A program made the translations under genes and the position numbers. Positions 50,675 through 63,132 of a stretch of DNA of 64,000 nt are shown here, piece by piece. Position 1 is the stretch's first letter. Every line of letters starts with the position of its first letter. This DNA is from Cladosporium halotolerans (Eukaryota). The DNA lies in contig NW_027191455.1 of the NCBI RefSeq assembly GCF_011745625.1, forward strand, positions 558,001 through 622,000, given 5' to 3'. The notes beneath the pieces are model-generated. The model had not been told where the DNA came from and did not search any database. It worked only from the letters and a program-made list of their open reading frames with translations.

Positions 50675-51887
50675 CTACCACTCCCGATACCCACCATCTT
50701 TTCCAACAAATCCCTTCAGCTCCCATGGTTTTGTGGATTGAGCGACCTGCCTGACGAGGTCTTCATTGATTTCTATGCCCAGGCCTGGCCCTTGCAACAT
50801 CTCCACGAAGCCGTCCTTGACGGCAAAGACCTCAGGATTCGTCACGTAGCTGCTGATGTCGTACTCACCCGCCTCGACGTTGTAGTGCATACCCACGCTC
50901 ATCTCCTGGATCTGGTGGTTCGGGGTAGAGAGTCCAATCTGAAGACAGGCAGCAAGGGCGATTGGGCCAAGAGGACAATGAGGTGCGACCGCGACGTCGT
51001 ACGTTTCCGCCATGGCTGCAATGCGCCTCAGCTCAGAGATACCACCGCAATGGGCAATGTCGGGCTGGATGATGTCGACGCAAGAGTCTTCGAAGAATCG
51101 TTTGAAGTCCCAGCGTGAGTATAGTCGCTCGCCAAGGGCAATAGGGCAAGTCGTGAGGCCATAGAGCTCTTTGATGCTCTCTTGATGCTCACTTAGAAGG
51201 GGCTCTTCGATGAAAAGAGGATGATGCGGTTCTAGAGCCTTCGCCAGCTGCTTTGCCATGGGCTTATGCAGCCTGCCATGGAAATCAACACCGGCATCAA
51301 GACCAAGTGCCTTCACAGCTTTGAGCCTTTGGACACTGGACTCTAGCACGGAGGGGGAATCAAGCCAACCCACGTCTTCGGTAGCGTTCATCTTGATCGC
51401 CTTGAAACCCTGTGCCAAACGCTCTTTGGCCGCGCTCTCAACATCGCTAGGCCGATCACCACCGATCCAGGCGTAAACATTCACACGATCGCGGACTTTG
51501 CCTCCCAGAAGCTGCCAGATAGGCACGTTCAGCTTGCGTGCCTTAAGGTCCCACAAAGCGATGTCAATACCAGCAAGGGCCGACATGAAAACCGGACCGC
51601 CACGGTAGAAGGACTTCCGCCATGCATCTTGCCAGATCGCTTCGATGTCATCCGCTTCACGGCCAACGAATCGTGTGATGTAGCCATTCAATGTGCCTTC
51701 GACCGCTTCCGTGTGGCCTTCTAACGAAGCCTCGCCCCAGCCGACGCGATTTTCTGAGTCGGTGATTTTGACAAATAGCCACTGTGATACTGGTCAATCA
51801 TCAAGGTTCCCTTGCCACTATGCTCATATCAAGGCGGCTCACTCTTGGCAATACGCGGAAGTACTCAATCTTCGCTATGGGCGCCAT
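50675..51887 (-). CDS. dgoD: Galactonate dehydratase-like enolase-superfamily enzyme (intron 51842-51782)
   Basis: PR|WLFVKI..GWGEASLEG, FYRGGPVFMSALAGIDIALWD, KMN, DFHGR, IEEP, GERL, APHCPLGPI, QEMS. Confidence 0.9.
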
Positions 51888-52752
51888 ACTGTAATTCAAT
51901 CGACTTTTGAGGGCCGAAACGCTTCTATCAAAGCTAAGCAAGCGTAACGTTGATTCTTAAAGAGTCAGCCTGGACGTGGAGACCCTGCGAGGTGTTGATC
52001 TGTGGACGTCGGGTTTTGACCTCCACCTTTCCCCTCACGCTTCACGATCTGCAATTGCCGAGCCCTAATTCAATGTGCCGGGCATAATAAATGCAACTCT
52101 GATATTTAACCAACTCGAATAAAATGCTCTCACACATTATCGATACGGTCTAGAGTCTTCGGTCTGACAAGGCACTGCAATGATACTCACTTGAACCTCC
52201 AAATTCGACGAATCCTTGGGCTGATCTCCAGAATAAAGCAATAATTGTCTTGCTCCATGGTGTTGATAATGATTCGTATCAGCTTCTACAATTGTACATC
52301 GGTCTTCCCTTAGTCAGTCAAATGACTTCCGTGACGCAGACCTGTGATGCAGTCCAAACAATCACGGCCTGTGCACGGGTGGATCGAACAAGCCTCCCAG
52401 AGCATCACCTCATAGTCCCACTTCAAGGGTTTCTGTGAACTCGTCCAATGGTGCAAGCGTCTGCTAAGTTGGTGCCAGCAGCGATCAGGTCATTCATTCA
52501 AACTTCTCTCACATGTTTCTGACTGCTTTGTCATCGGACGGCCATCCGAGATAAATCGGTTGCCAGACGTTATTCCTCGGCTCAGAGCAAAGTGAGGAGA
52601 CGTTGGTCGATAGGAACCAAGTTGCTTCAAGTGAAGCACTCCAGCTGATCGTGATCTCTCGTGGCATAACGTCGCACCACTGCTTTGAGGGCTGGAGTCG
52701 GCAAAGGCGACCCTCCGTCGAATGTGAGGTAATAGGAAGCGATTCTCGTTCA

Positions 52753-54237
52753 TCAGCGGCAGAAGATGACGATCTCACCAAACATCCCACTCTTCACTTT
52801 CTCGAGCACTTTCTTCTCGTTCATGCCCATCTCCACACAGACCTGGTCCATACAGTGCTTGCCGTCCAGGTACTTCACCAGCCTCGCCGCCTCTGCCCGC
52901 ACCTCCTCTTCTTTATCCAACTTCTCCTGTAAGCCTGCGAGCCCTTCCGTAGGCGGTGTTGCCCAGCCGGACGAAAGCGCAGCTTTGCGCCACGCCCTGT
53001 CCAGATCCGTAGCAGTTGACAGGCGAGGCACAGCAGGCGTCTCTGGAGGATCGAGCGCGAGGACATACTTGTGCATGCGCCGGAGGAAGCCCTTGATGAC
53101 GCCGAAGGTGATGAAGCGCCGAACGTCGATGTTCGCAAGACGATCCATGTGCGAAAGGCAGAAGTCCGCGACCGAGAGACCAGGCTTTAAGGTGCTGTAG
53201 AGCTCGACGATCGTCGCTCTACTCGGCGCCCCGCGCGCCTCGTCCAACACGTCCTTGCCCAACACGCTGGCGAACATGCCCTCCTTCGCGTCGATCGTGA
53301 CATACTCCCTGCACTCGTCCACGAGCTCCTCGCTGCTCATGAACAGCGAGATGTCAAACGACGACATGTACACCGCCTGAAAGTGGAAAATATCCAGCAC
53401 CATCGCCCTCTCATGCAGCACCAGCTCCCTCACCGCCCTCTTCACAAGCTTGACATCCACATCCGCCAGCCTCGCAATCCTCCCCACATCATTCACCCCG
53501 TCCACAAACGGCCAAACCCTCTCCAGCACCAAATCCCACGCCACCCTCTCGCTGTCCGGCAACGCCCTGATCACCAACGGCACATCCCACCCCCTCACCC
53601 GCACCCTCTCCCTCCCCCTCTCCCCGCCAGGCCCCCTCCCAACCCTCAAATTCAACACCCTCGCCCCCGAAACCCGCACACAACACTCCCCCCACCTCCC
53701 CAGCTGCCCAAACACCTCCCTCAGCAACTCCCCCACCACGCCCTCCCCGCCAGCCCCATCAACCTCCCTCTCCTCCCTCCACAGCACACCCCCCTCCTCC
53801 TCCAGCGCCCTCATGAACCCCGCCATCTTCCCCACAACACCCTCCCACTGCTCCCCCGCGCCTTCAACGTCCTCAACGACGAAGCAGACATTGCACACGA
53901 ACCGGTTCCGCTCGTACCCCTCGCCCTCGATGCTGACGGGGTGTCCCAGGACGCGGTGCCCGCTGGCGCAGACGCTCAGCGCGCGGTTCGAGAGCTCGTG
54001 CGGCGGGATGAGGTAGGAGGCCAGCGGGGGGAAGGAGACGAGGCCGGAGGCTTTGTCGTTGTCGTTTGGCGAGAGGGCGAGCTGCGAGAGCGAGGCGGTG
54101 CTGGCGCTGCTCGTCGCGGCGGTGGTGGAGGAGGAGAGGGCCGGCGAGGCGCGCGAGACGGTGCCGGGCGGGTGCTGGTGCAGGACGTCCGGGCCGCGCT
54201 CCGGGTGGAAGCGGGCGTAGAAGATGGACTTGAGCAT
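52753..54237 (-). CDS. NPR2: Nitrogen permease regulator 2 (GATOR1/SEACIT subunit)
   Basis: MLKSIFYARFHPERGP, YLIP, YERNRF, WDL...V.PFVDGVN.V.RIA.LADVD, DIFHFQAVY, IDVRRFITFGVIKGFLRR.HKY, LDGKHCMDQVC. Confidence 0.92.
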   Translation of the reverse strand: MLKSIFYARFHPERGPDVLHQHPPGTVSRASPALSSSTTAATSSASTASLSQLALSPNDNDKASGLVSFPPLASYLIPPHELSNRALSVCASGHRVLGHPVSIEGEGYERNRFVCNVCFVVEDVEGAGEQWEGVVGKMAGFMRALEEEGGVLWREEREVDGAGGEGVVGELLREVFGQLGRWGECCVRVSGARVLNLRVGRGPGGERGRERVRVRGWDVPLVIRALPDSERVAWDLVLERVWPFVDGVNDVGRIARLADVDVKLVKRAVRELVLHERAMVLDIFHFQAVYMSSFDISLFMSSEELVDECREYVTIDAKEGMFASVLGKDVLDEARGAPSRATIVELYSTLKPGLSVADFCLSHMDRLANIDVRRFITFGVIKGFLRRMHKYVLALDPPETPAVPRLSTATDLDRAWRKAALSSGWATPPTEGLAGLQEKLDKEEEVRAEAARLVKYLDGKHCMDQVCVEMGMNEKKVLEKVKSGMFGEIVIFCR

Positions 54238-55429
54238 TTGTTTTTTTTTGTGGTCTTTGTGCTGGGTTGTTTGGGTGGGGGTCCGGCTCTTGCGGCGTAT
54301 TGTTTGTTTTTTCTGGTTTTGTGTAGAGGCCTGCGGGAGGTCTCGGCGCGGTCTGCGATCACATGCTTGGCGTTTGCGAGGTTCGCGTGTCGTAAGGCAT
54401 AGCCATTGGGGCGAGTGGAAGAAAGACGGGCGTTTGTTGACGATGTTTCGACAGCCGCGGCAGTGGCTGCTGCGCGATGAACTTTGAAGGTGCAGTGACG
54501 GTGTGGGGAAACCTGGCTGCTGCTCGGAGGATCACGCCAACAACGGCCATGGCGCCGATCGAACCAACCCTGGAAAAGCTACATCGCAATGGTGAGAGAC
54601 GTCTCGGAAGAGAAAAGCAAAGTAAAAATAACATCGCGACAAGGAATTTTTGCTCGATACATAATCTACACGTTTTCCACCCAACCCCGCCCACCCCAGA
54701 TCTCCCCTTGACGTTTACCGCACTCCACTCCCCCATCCTTCCAGTCACAAGATCAAAAGAAAAGAGCAAAAAAGGTCAGAGGGACGAAGCCCAAGCCTTT
54801 CCACCAAATTCATCCAGGAATGTGCAACTCTGCGCCATTTGACTCCTCGTCCTTCGCCGCAGCAGGTGAATAATAGTGTGAGCATTTGGATATCCAAAGG
54901 GAAAAAAAAAAAAAAAAAAAGATGGAAGTAGACCAAGCGCGAACAAAAAAGGCAGGGCGATGACAGTAGCGAGGATGAAAAGAAAAACCGGTTCTCGAGC
55001 GAGAGGTATAATACGTATGCATGGGTGTGTTCCGTCTTCTTCCGTAGATAGAGCGCCGTGGTGAAGCTCCGAAAGGTCCGCAGATGGTCGTAAAGAGATG
55101 TTGTTGTAGGGCGAGCGCGACGGCCGTAAAGTTGTTTTGAGTCTAAGAGAGCGACGTGAGTGTTGTTGGGGAGGCCAAAAGTCGTTGTGAAAGAACATAG
55201 CAATACGCCGTGCGCAGGATAGCTACTCCAGGTGGTCGCAAGGTAAGCTGCGCCCAGATGGAAGCGTATCCCATGAACAGGTCATGCCAGAATGCTGTCA
55301 AACTCAGATGCCTCGTCCACTTGCGCGTTGGTACATCACCAACTAATCGGCAGGTGAAGATGCAGCTCATGGCTATCCAAAGCCAGAAGTCGCGTACAGG
55401 AAGCTCGATCAGATGATTGATCGCCTCTT

Positions 55430-57901
55430 TCACTGTCCCATCCCATCGCCACCAGCTTCAAGTCCGGTGTCGAAACTGAAATTGTCGAAGCCGTTGAGAC
55501 CACCGTCGTCCGTGTTAAGGAAGCTGTCGAAGTCGAAGTTGTCCAGGACGTCGCCTGTTGCGCCCATAGGGTCGGCAAAATCCATATTCATGTTGCCGAA
55601 CTGATCGTCGCCAACCAGGTTGCCGCTGCCACCGAATGGCCCGTTCATATCCGGGCCGGGTGCTTGCGCGCCGTTGCCGGGTTGGTTGGGAGGCTGCTGC
55701 TGCGGAGCGCCGTTGGGCATGCCACCGTTGGGTGCAATCTGCTGCTTTTGGAACGAGTTCTGGTTCATCGGAGTGATAGGAGTGGCCGGGGTGGGAGTGG
55801 GAGGTTGCTCGGCTTCGGATGCAGGTGTGGCGCCAGTCTGGCCACCCTTCTTTTGTGCCGACTGCAGTTGGTCAGTATCAGCTGTATCGAAGATGTCGCA
55901 GCGTCGGACATTAGGACCTACCTTGTTGTTCTTGTTGTCCTTCTTGGCACCCGGCTTCGCCTTGTTGCCTTGGTTTGGCGTTGGCGGCGCGGGAGCTGCA
56001 GCAGGACTGCTCGGTTGAGTTCCGCCAGTGGCAGTCGGCTGCGGAGCGGGCGGGGGAGGCATTGCTTGGTTGCCCTGACGAGGAGTCATGTTCGGAGGAG
56101 CTTGGCCAGGCTGCTGGCCAGGGCCACCGGGCGGGCCCGGCATCATGTTTGGAGGCATTGGCTGAGCACCGCCCGGGAAGGTACCGTTGGGCATCATCTG
56201 GCGGTTCATCATCTCTAGACCACCCTGTGTCAGTTGTGGTTGACCAGCGAATTGCGGGTGTGACCGAGGCATCATCTGGCCATTCGGACCCATGACCATC
56301 TGGTGGCGCATGTTTGGCGGTACACCCTGGCTCGGGTCGAAACCAGGAGCAGGAGAAGCGCGACCTGGTAGCTGGCCATTCGGCGACGCGCCGGGCTGCA
56401 TCTTGGGCGTACCGCGAGCCATGTCGTTGGGGTTGGGCGACGGACCACCAGCGCGGCTACCTTGTGGCGACATGTTAGGAGCAAACTGACCATTGGCATT
56501 GGGCGGGATGCCAGGATGCGTCATGCTGTCCTGCTCCTGACGCGCCATGAGAAGTCGCTTTTTGTTCTGCTGCTCGAGCAGCATCAACTGCATCTGATAG
56601 TCTTGGAGCGCATGGTTGCCGCCATTGGGCGCAGCTTGGCCACCGGCGGCGACGCCAGGGTTCGGTACCATCCCAGGACGCATGGCAGCGCCGTTGGGAC
56701 CAAAGTCGGCGAGGGACGAGTCCATTCCAGCTTGGGAGAGCGGACTTCCCTGGGCGCCGGCGGGGCCCATTGCGGCGGAGACGTTCGGAGGCATGCCCTT
56801 GTTCATGTTAGATTTTGCTTGATTCAAGGCATTTATCGTGGATTGCTGCATTTGTTGCGAATAAAGGTCCACAGACTTTCGTTGTGAGTTAGTAGGCTGC
56901 ATTGCGAGGAGACGAAATTGCTCGAAAGGCATCCTGCTGGGGTCGATGCCATGTTTGGCGAGCAGCTCACGGGTGTGGTTTGCTGCGGCAGGGTCGAGGG
57001 GGGGAATATCGGGACCCACCTGAGAGTTTGGCATCTGGCCCTGCTGACCCGGGCGTGGTCCCATCTGCTGCACGTTGCCGTCCAATCGTTGCCGCTTGGG
57101 AGACGGTGCGTCACCAGAACCGGGAGAGCCTGAACGTGGACCATTCATTTCCATCTGAGAGCTGGAGCGTTCCATCTGTTGGCCCGGCATCATTTGCTGT
57201 TGGCCTTGGGCAGCGCGCATGCGTTGCATTTGTGCCATCTGTTGCGGGTTCCTGTAAGACAGAAGGTGTTAGCAAGGTCGCATGCGACATGATCTCACGC
57301 GGAGGCCATACATGTTACCGGCGCCGGCGTTCTGCATCGCGGCCTTCTTAAGGTCGTTCGGCATCATGCCGTTACTCATCATAGACATGTTGCGCATGTT
57401 CTGCATGGCAGGATCCATGCCGCCCATGAGGTTTCCACGCTGCTTCTGGCCGGCGCGTTGCGCGGTGAGGTAGCCCAAAGTGGACGGCTTGCCGCCGACG
57501 TTGCGGCGCGAGTTGTAGATGTCCCAGAACTGGAACCACCAGTCCTGCAGGAAGGGGCCTTCGGTGTTCATCAGAGCCGGCTCCGGCAGGTCTTTGGGTC
57601 TATCGGCGTCGGTGTCGTCGATGCCATTGGGCTGGTTCTGGCGCTGGCCGGGCGACTGCTTCTGGGTGTACAGCTCGAGGCTGCCCGACTGATGCATGGC
57701 ACGCGCGATGTCGTAGTGCTGGTTGCGCAGGAAGTAGTCGTAGATGTATGTGTTGAGGCGCTTGATGGTGTCGGCGGTGTCGTTCGCGTTCATGGCGCCG
57801 CCGTTGGTGGGCGTGCCGGCGGCCTGCTGCTGCGGCGGCGGCTGCGCGCCGCCAACAGGGCCGCCCATGGCGCCCATGTTCATCTGCTGCGGTTGGCTCA
57901 T
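55430..57901 (-). CDS. SOM1: LisH/LUFS transcriptional regulator Som1/Flo8-like
   Basis: LNTYIYDYFLRNQHYDIARA (LisH), FLQDWWFQFWDIY, NHALQDYQMQLMLLEQQNKKRLLMARQEQ, DVLDNFDFDSFL. Introns ~57311-57253 and 55921-55862, optional 57019-56876. Confidence 0.9.
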
Positions 57902-58167
57902 GCTCGGGCGACAGCGAGCGGAGGAGGGAGCAGGCGCTGAGCCGGGGTGGAGCTACGCGAGCGAAGGCTGTCTGTCGGAGGTCAATGCGGTCGCGACGGG
58001 GCGCGAGAGTCGCGCGGAGTCGGCCAGGCGCAGGGCGCAGGGCGCGTCGGCGGCGGCGGTGAGGGTGTGAGGCGGCGGGCGTGGAGGCCGCGGCGCACGA
58101 TGGTGGATGGGGTGCGGGTAGTGGGAGTCGAGGAGGTGTCAACGGGCACGCGTGGGGAGTGAGTGCG

Positions 58168-58200
58168 GGCTGGCTGGCTGGCTGGCTGGCAGGCTGGCTG
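58168..58200. repeat. (GGCT)n microsatellite upstream of SOM1
   Basis: Tandem GGCT units read directly. Confidence 0.8.
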
Positions 58201-58547
58201 GGGGCGAGCGAGCGCGCGCGGTCGGGGCTAGGCTGGCTGATGGCTGATGCCCGAGCTGCGCGCACGGCGAGGCGGGCGGTGGGCGGCGCGGGCGCGGCGG
58301 CGGGCGCGGGTGCTGGGGTGCGGCGGTGATGGCGGCGGTGAGGGTCAGCGGCGCAGCGGCATGCTCTGGCGGTGGGCGGGCGGGTGCAACAGCCGGTGCT
58401 GCGAGCAGACGGTGGACGGTGGCAGCAGGTGGTGACGGCGGCGGGCGCAGGAGAGTTGAGGGAGGCGGCGCTATCTTGGCGAGCAGCGGAGGTGGATGGC
58501 CGGGTCCGACCTGGCTGGCTGGCGGGCGGGCGTCAGGTGAGGCGAGC

Positions 58548-58596
58548 CTGTCTGTGTGTCTGTCTGCCTGTCTGCCTGTCTGCCTGTCTGCCTGTA
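58548..58596. repeat. (CTGTCTGC)n repeat upstream of SOM1
   Basis: ctgtctgcctgtctgcctgtctgcctgtctgcctgt read directly. Confidence 0.8.
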
Positions 58597-59811
58597 TGCC
58601 TTACAGCGAGGCGATGGTATTGCGATAAATCTGGGATAACTACTGCAAGTGGTATACGAGAGCGCGAGGCGTGCACTGGCAGTCTGCGGTGACGGCGACG
58701 CACACGCTATCGGGCGCGCGATATGCCGCCTCTCCCTCCTCGCACGCACAGCGCTGGCAGGCCCTCACACCTCACACGCTGGCGACGCCTGCTGCTGCTG
58801 CTGCCCGCCGCCCGCCCCCCGCGTCGCCCTCTCTCGTCGCAGCAATTCGCACGCGATCGCCGCGATTCCACCCTCCGTCTGCGGGCCCCCGACACGTGAT
58901 TCCTCCCGGTGCGCCAACCATTGGCCGTGAGCGCGAGCGGCATGGTTTGTATGACCAATCTCCCTCCTCCTCCACCGCGCCGGCGCAAGCTGTCTGCCCG
59001 TCCCCTCGAGCTCGTCAACCAGACTGCGCGCCGCCGTGCTGCTCGATGCGCTCGCTATCGCTCCTCTCCACACGCCCACACGCCCATCCGCCGCTCTGCA
59101 GCCGATCTGCGCCCAACGCCCTGTTCTCCAACCCGGATGCAGGTCCGAGCACGGCGCGGAAGCACTGCACTACCGGAGAGGGGCGGCATATAGCCCTCGC
59201 TGCTTCGCACGTGCCGGTCGTCATATCGCTATTGCTCGACTTGCTCGGCACTCTCGAGTTGGTCGACTGTAATCGATTGGTGATAGCTTATCAACCACGC
59301 AGAACCAGGCGCTACGTCTACGTGAGTAAGCCTGGAGCCCGCCGGTTCGCGGACTGTCAACTCTGATTTATCCCGTGTGACAAATCGTCAGCCTCATGAC
59401 ATCAAGGCGTTCACGTCTGGACATCATCGCATGAACGTTCGTTCGCGCACTGTGATCGCGAGGCAAGGGGTGTAATTTCTCGAGACATCATGCGAGCGGG
59501 TGATCCTTCAGAAGCCGACGCCAACGAACGTTATGCGTTGTGACGAGCCTCATCACGCCCTCTCATCACGTCCACGCCTTGCTTCCGCCGAAACAATTCC
59601 CCGAGATTTACGCAACAAAGTGTCGTGGCATTTCTCGGTTCTGTTTGTGGGAAACGAAACTTTTTGAGCCTGCGTGTTTCGGTGCGCTTTCGTTATCAGA
59701 TATCAAACATCACGGAGCTGTAGAGAGCATTTGATTCAGAAGCACAAGGACAAGACTACCAGCTTCGCGTGTAAGCTGCGTGACATTCGCATCCGTCTAT
59801 GCACTCAAACC

Positions 59812-60611
59812 CTACTCGTCGTCAGGAGGCATCTCGTCCTCAATGTACCGTATAAGCGTGATCCTCATCTCAGTCGTGTCGTTCCCTCGCAACACATCGC
59901 TCACAAACCGCGCCTCGACCTGCATTTGCACCTGTCATGACCGTCAGCACACATCCCCTCAACTTCCCAAGAACCCAAAGAAGAACGACACATACCATCT
60001 CCAGCGCACCCCTAACAACCCCACAAAGCAGATTCGAAAACCACAGCTCCTCCTGCGCGCGCCCGTCGTCCGGCAGCTCGACGAAATCCGCCAGCGGGTT
60101 CTCCTCAAACACCAGCCCGAAGCTCTTCCCGTCCTGGCTCCAGCCCGTCACCGTCGGCGTGACGTTCATGAACACCTTGAACCCGACCTTGCTGATCACC
60201 TCGGCCGTCTCGCGGAAGCTGGCGCAGTGGCCCGTGTTGGACTTCGCCAGGAAGTCCTCGATCAGCCGCTGCCCGATGGCGTAGCCCATGCGGTCGAGCT
60301 CGGCGTTGACGGCGCCGTAGTCGGTCTTCGTGCTGGACGAGGGCAGCGTGAGGTCGCGGCAGAGGCTGGCGACCAGCGTGCCGTAGGTGAGGGTTACGAC
60401 TTCGGTGTTGACTTTGTCGACGCGGGATCTTTGTGGAGGGAGGGGAGCATGTTAGCTTGAGGGTGATGGAACGGAATCGGTCGGTGCGGTGAAGTGAGGT
60501 GCTTACTTCCAGACACTGTTTAGCTGTTAGCCATTTGCTCCCTCGTGTGCTTGGAGGATCATTCAATGCGGCTCACTCTTCGCCCACGCGGGCGTACTTG
60601 TTCGAAGCCAT
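59812..60611 (-). CDS. BET3: TRAPP complex subunit Bet3 (4 exons incl. 9-nt micro-exon 60515-60507)
   Basis: [31 protein letters not shown]...[17 protein letters not shown]...[11 protein letters not shown]...[23 protein letters not shown]...DEMPPDDE*. Confidence 0.93.
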
Positions 60612-61110
60612 GGTTGCGATATGTGTGTGCGCGCTTCGTCTTGTCGCGCGCCGGTATCTTGCTTCAGCTCATTACTCGATTTTAAGGGAAGGAGAGCACA
60701 GCGGCTCTGTGAGACGGGTAGTCAAGTCAAGGAAGTGGGCTGGGTCCGACGTGGGAAGGGTCCTGGTATGAGCGTCCAGATGTCGCAACGCGGAGCCGCT
60801 GGCGCCATCGGCAGCAGCTTGCAGCAAAACTTTGGGGAAGCAGCTCTGGAGCTTTCACCACGGTACCACGACACACCTTTTCACGATAAACCCGCTGGTA
60901 CGCCCTCTAAATAATTCCGCGACTTTGACACCGTCTTACTTCGAAGACAAGGCCTTCTATCACCGAACCTGACCGACAACTGGCGCAAAAGCAGGCGTGT
61001 CGACTCTTCATCTTGAAAGATAGGCCTCCGGCAATCGGCCACTCTGGACACCAGTGCAAGAGGCTCATACGGAAGAATCAATCGAAGCAAAACATACGCG
61101 CATACACACC

Positions 61111-62327
61111 ATGTCTGGCGAGAAGCGGCCGGCATCGTTTGGGAGCACGCAGCTGGTCAAGCGCGCAAGACCAGACGTCAACGGAAATGAGCTCGCAACA
61201 ACCAATGGCGCTGGCGGCGCTCTCATACAAGGGGTAAGTGGAATGGCATGAGTGTCTTGCATGCGCAACACAAGGCTAAAGCTATGGACCGAAGAGCAGA
61301 AGTGCTGATATGTGCTGGGACGAGTAGGGCAACAGAGCAGCAGGCTTGCAGGCTTCGGTGATGGAAATGAGTGGTAAGTCAGACATTCACCGAATGCTGT
61401 CAATTGAGGAAGAGGAAACACGGCACTGACAATTCTTCAGGCCACAGCGGCGAGGTCTTCTGCGCACGCTTCGACCCCACAGGCTCGCACATCGCGTCCG
61501 GCAGCATGGACCGCAACATCCACCTCTGGCACAGCTCGGGCGACTGCGCCAACTACGGCCTGCTGACCGGGCACAAGAGCGCCGTGCTCGACCTGCACTG
61601 GTCGCGCGACAGCGGCGTGATCTACTCCGCGAGCGCGGACATGCACGTCGCGAGCTGGAATGTGGAGACGGGCGAGCGCATACGGCGGCACGTGGGGCAC
61701 GAGGAGGTGATCAACTGCCTCGACGTGAGCAAGCGCGGCGAGGAGTTCTTGGTGTCCGGCAGCGACGACGGGTACATTGGGGTCTGGGACCCGAGGGCGA
61801 AGCAGGCGATGGATTTCATCGAGACGGGATACCCGGTCACGGCGCTGTGCATGGCTGAGGCGGGCAACGAGCTGTATTCTGGCGGCATCGACAACGACAT
61901 CCGCGTGTGGGATCTGCGCATGAAGAAGGAATCGTACGTCCTCTCCGGACACACCGACACGATCACTTCGCTCGCCGTCTCGCCCGACTCGCAAACGCTC
62001 CTCTCCAACAGCCACGACAGCACAGTACGCACATGGGACGTGCGACCCTTCGCACCGCCCGACCGCGCCGTCAAAGTCTTCGACGGCGCACAGGCGGGCC
62101 TGGAGAAGAACCTGATCCGCGCGTGCTGGGACAGCGAAGGCAGGAGGATTGCGGCCGGCGGTGGCGATGGCTCGGTGACGGTCTGGGAGAACCAGAGCGG
62201 CAAGATGCTGCACAAGCTGCCCGGGCACAAGGGCACCGTCAACGACGTGAGGATCTCGCCGGACGGCAGCCTGGTGCTGAGCGCCAGCACCGACCGCACG
62301 ATGCTGCTGGGCGAGCTGCCCAAATGA
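61111..62327 (+). CDS. U5 snRNP 40-kDa WD40 protein (SNRNP40/Spf38-like), 3 exons
   Basis: GLQASVMEMS|GHSGEVFCARFDP, seven WD repeats, WDVRPFAP, GLEKNLIRACW, KLPGHKGTVN. Confidence 0.88.
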
Positions 62328-63132
62328 AATTAATGTATACAATCGATGGGTTTTCTGAGCAACGTCAGACCGAAAGCTCGAGATAGCCGAAAGTGCACAG
62401 TGCGTATATTGTGCCTGTTTCAGCTTCAGGCACTGCAACCAACATTTCCAACTGCGCCCACCCTCCAAAGCAAGCACGAGACGTCCTCGCAATCCCAGCC
62501 CGCAACACAATACATCGAGACCCTCAAGAACACAATACGCTCCACGCATGCCTCGCAAAGCAGCAAGCCCTCTCGCCACCATCGAAGAAACCCAAGAGCA
62601 AGCGTTGTGTTGCATCGCGCGGTACCTGCAGCAAACCCAGCCCATGCACGCGCAACGATTGGCTCTCCGCGCCCGCCAGCCGCGACGCCATCCCGCGACG
62701 GCCGACCACCAGCGCGTCCGCGCCTGATGTCTCGCAGACGAGCCCGCCAGAGCAAACGCCCCGGCCATTGGCTGGTGTTCGTGCGCGAGAGCAGGGTTGT
62801 CGGTGCGTTTCAGACAGGTCGTCGCGGGCGCCCTTACATTGTGTCTGCCGTGTGACGGTGCGGAACCTTGGGACTGTTTCTGGAGGCGTTCGGGCGTGGG
62901 GAGTGATAGGTTCTGCGGTGGGTTGGGTCGGAGCGAGGGAGGGTGTGAGTGTGAGGGTGGTGGTGGTGTGTTGTGTGGGAGGGTTCTCTTGTTTATCTTG
63001 CTGTAAGCTGCTTCTCATAAGGTCCTTCTGCAGGGCGGGTTCGCCTTCTTCATGTCTCTCACATTTCCTCTTGCTCCAATCTCATTGCTCAAGTTGTGAG
63101 TCTTGGGAAAATAACGCGTCACACTATCGACA

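Noticed and set aside
54902..54920. A19 run
   Set aside because: Poly(T) tract downstream of SOM1 (likely 3' UTR/terminator); no retroelement body or target-site duplication seen.
55862..55921. Second in-frame stop-free intron in SOM1 (60 nt)
   Set aside because: Canonical size and signals with a non-protein-like translation; treated as an ordinary intron.
11217..57901. Co-occurrence of developmental genes (noxA/noxD, PTH11-like, SOM1) as a super-cluster
   Set aside because: They are separated by many unrelated housekeeping genes; no evidence beyond chance.
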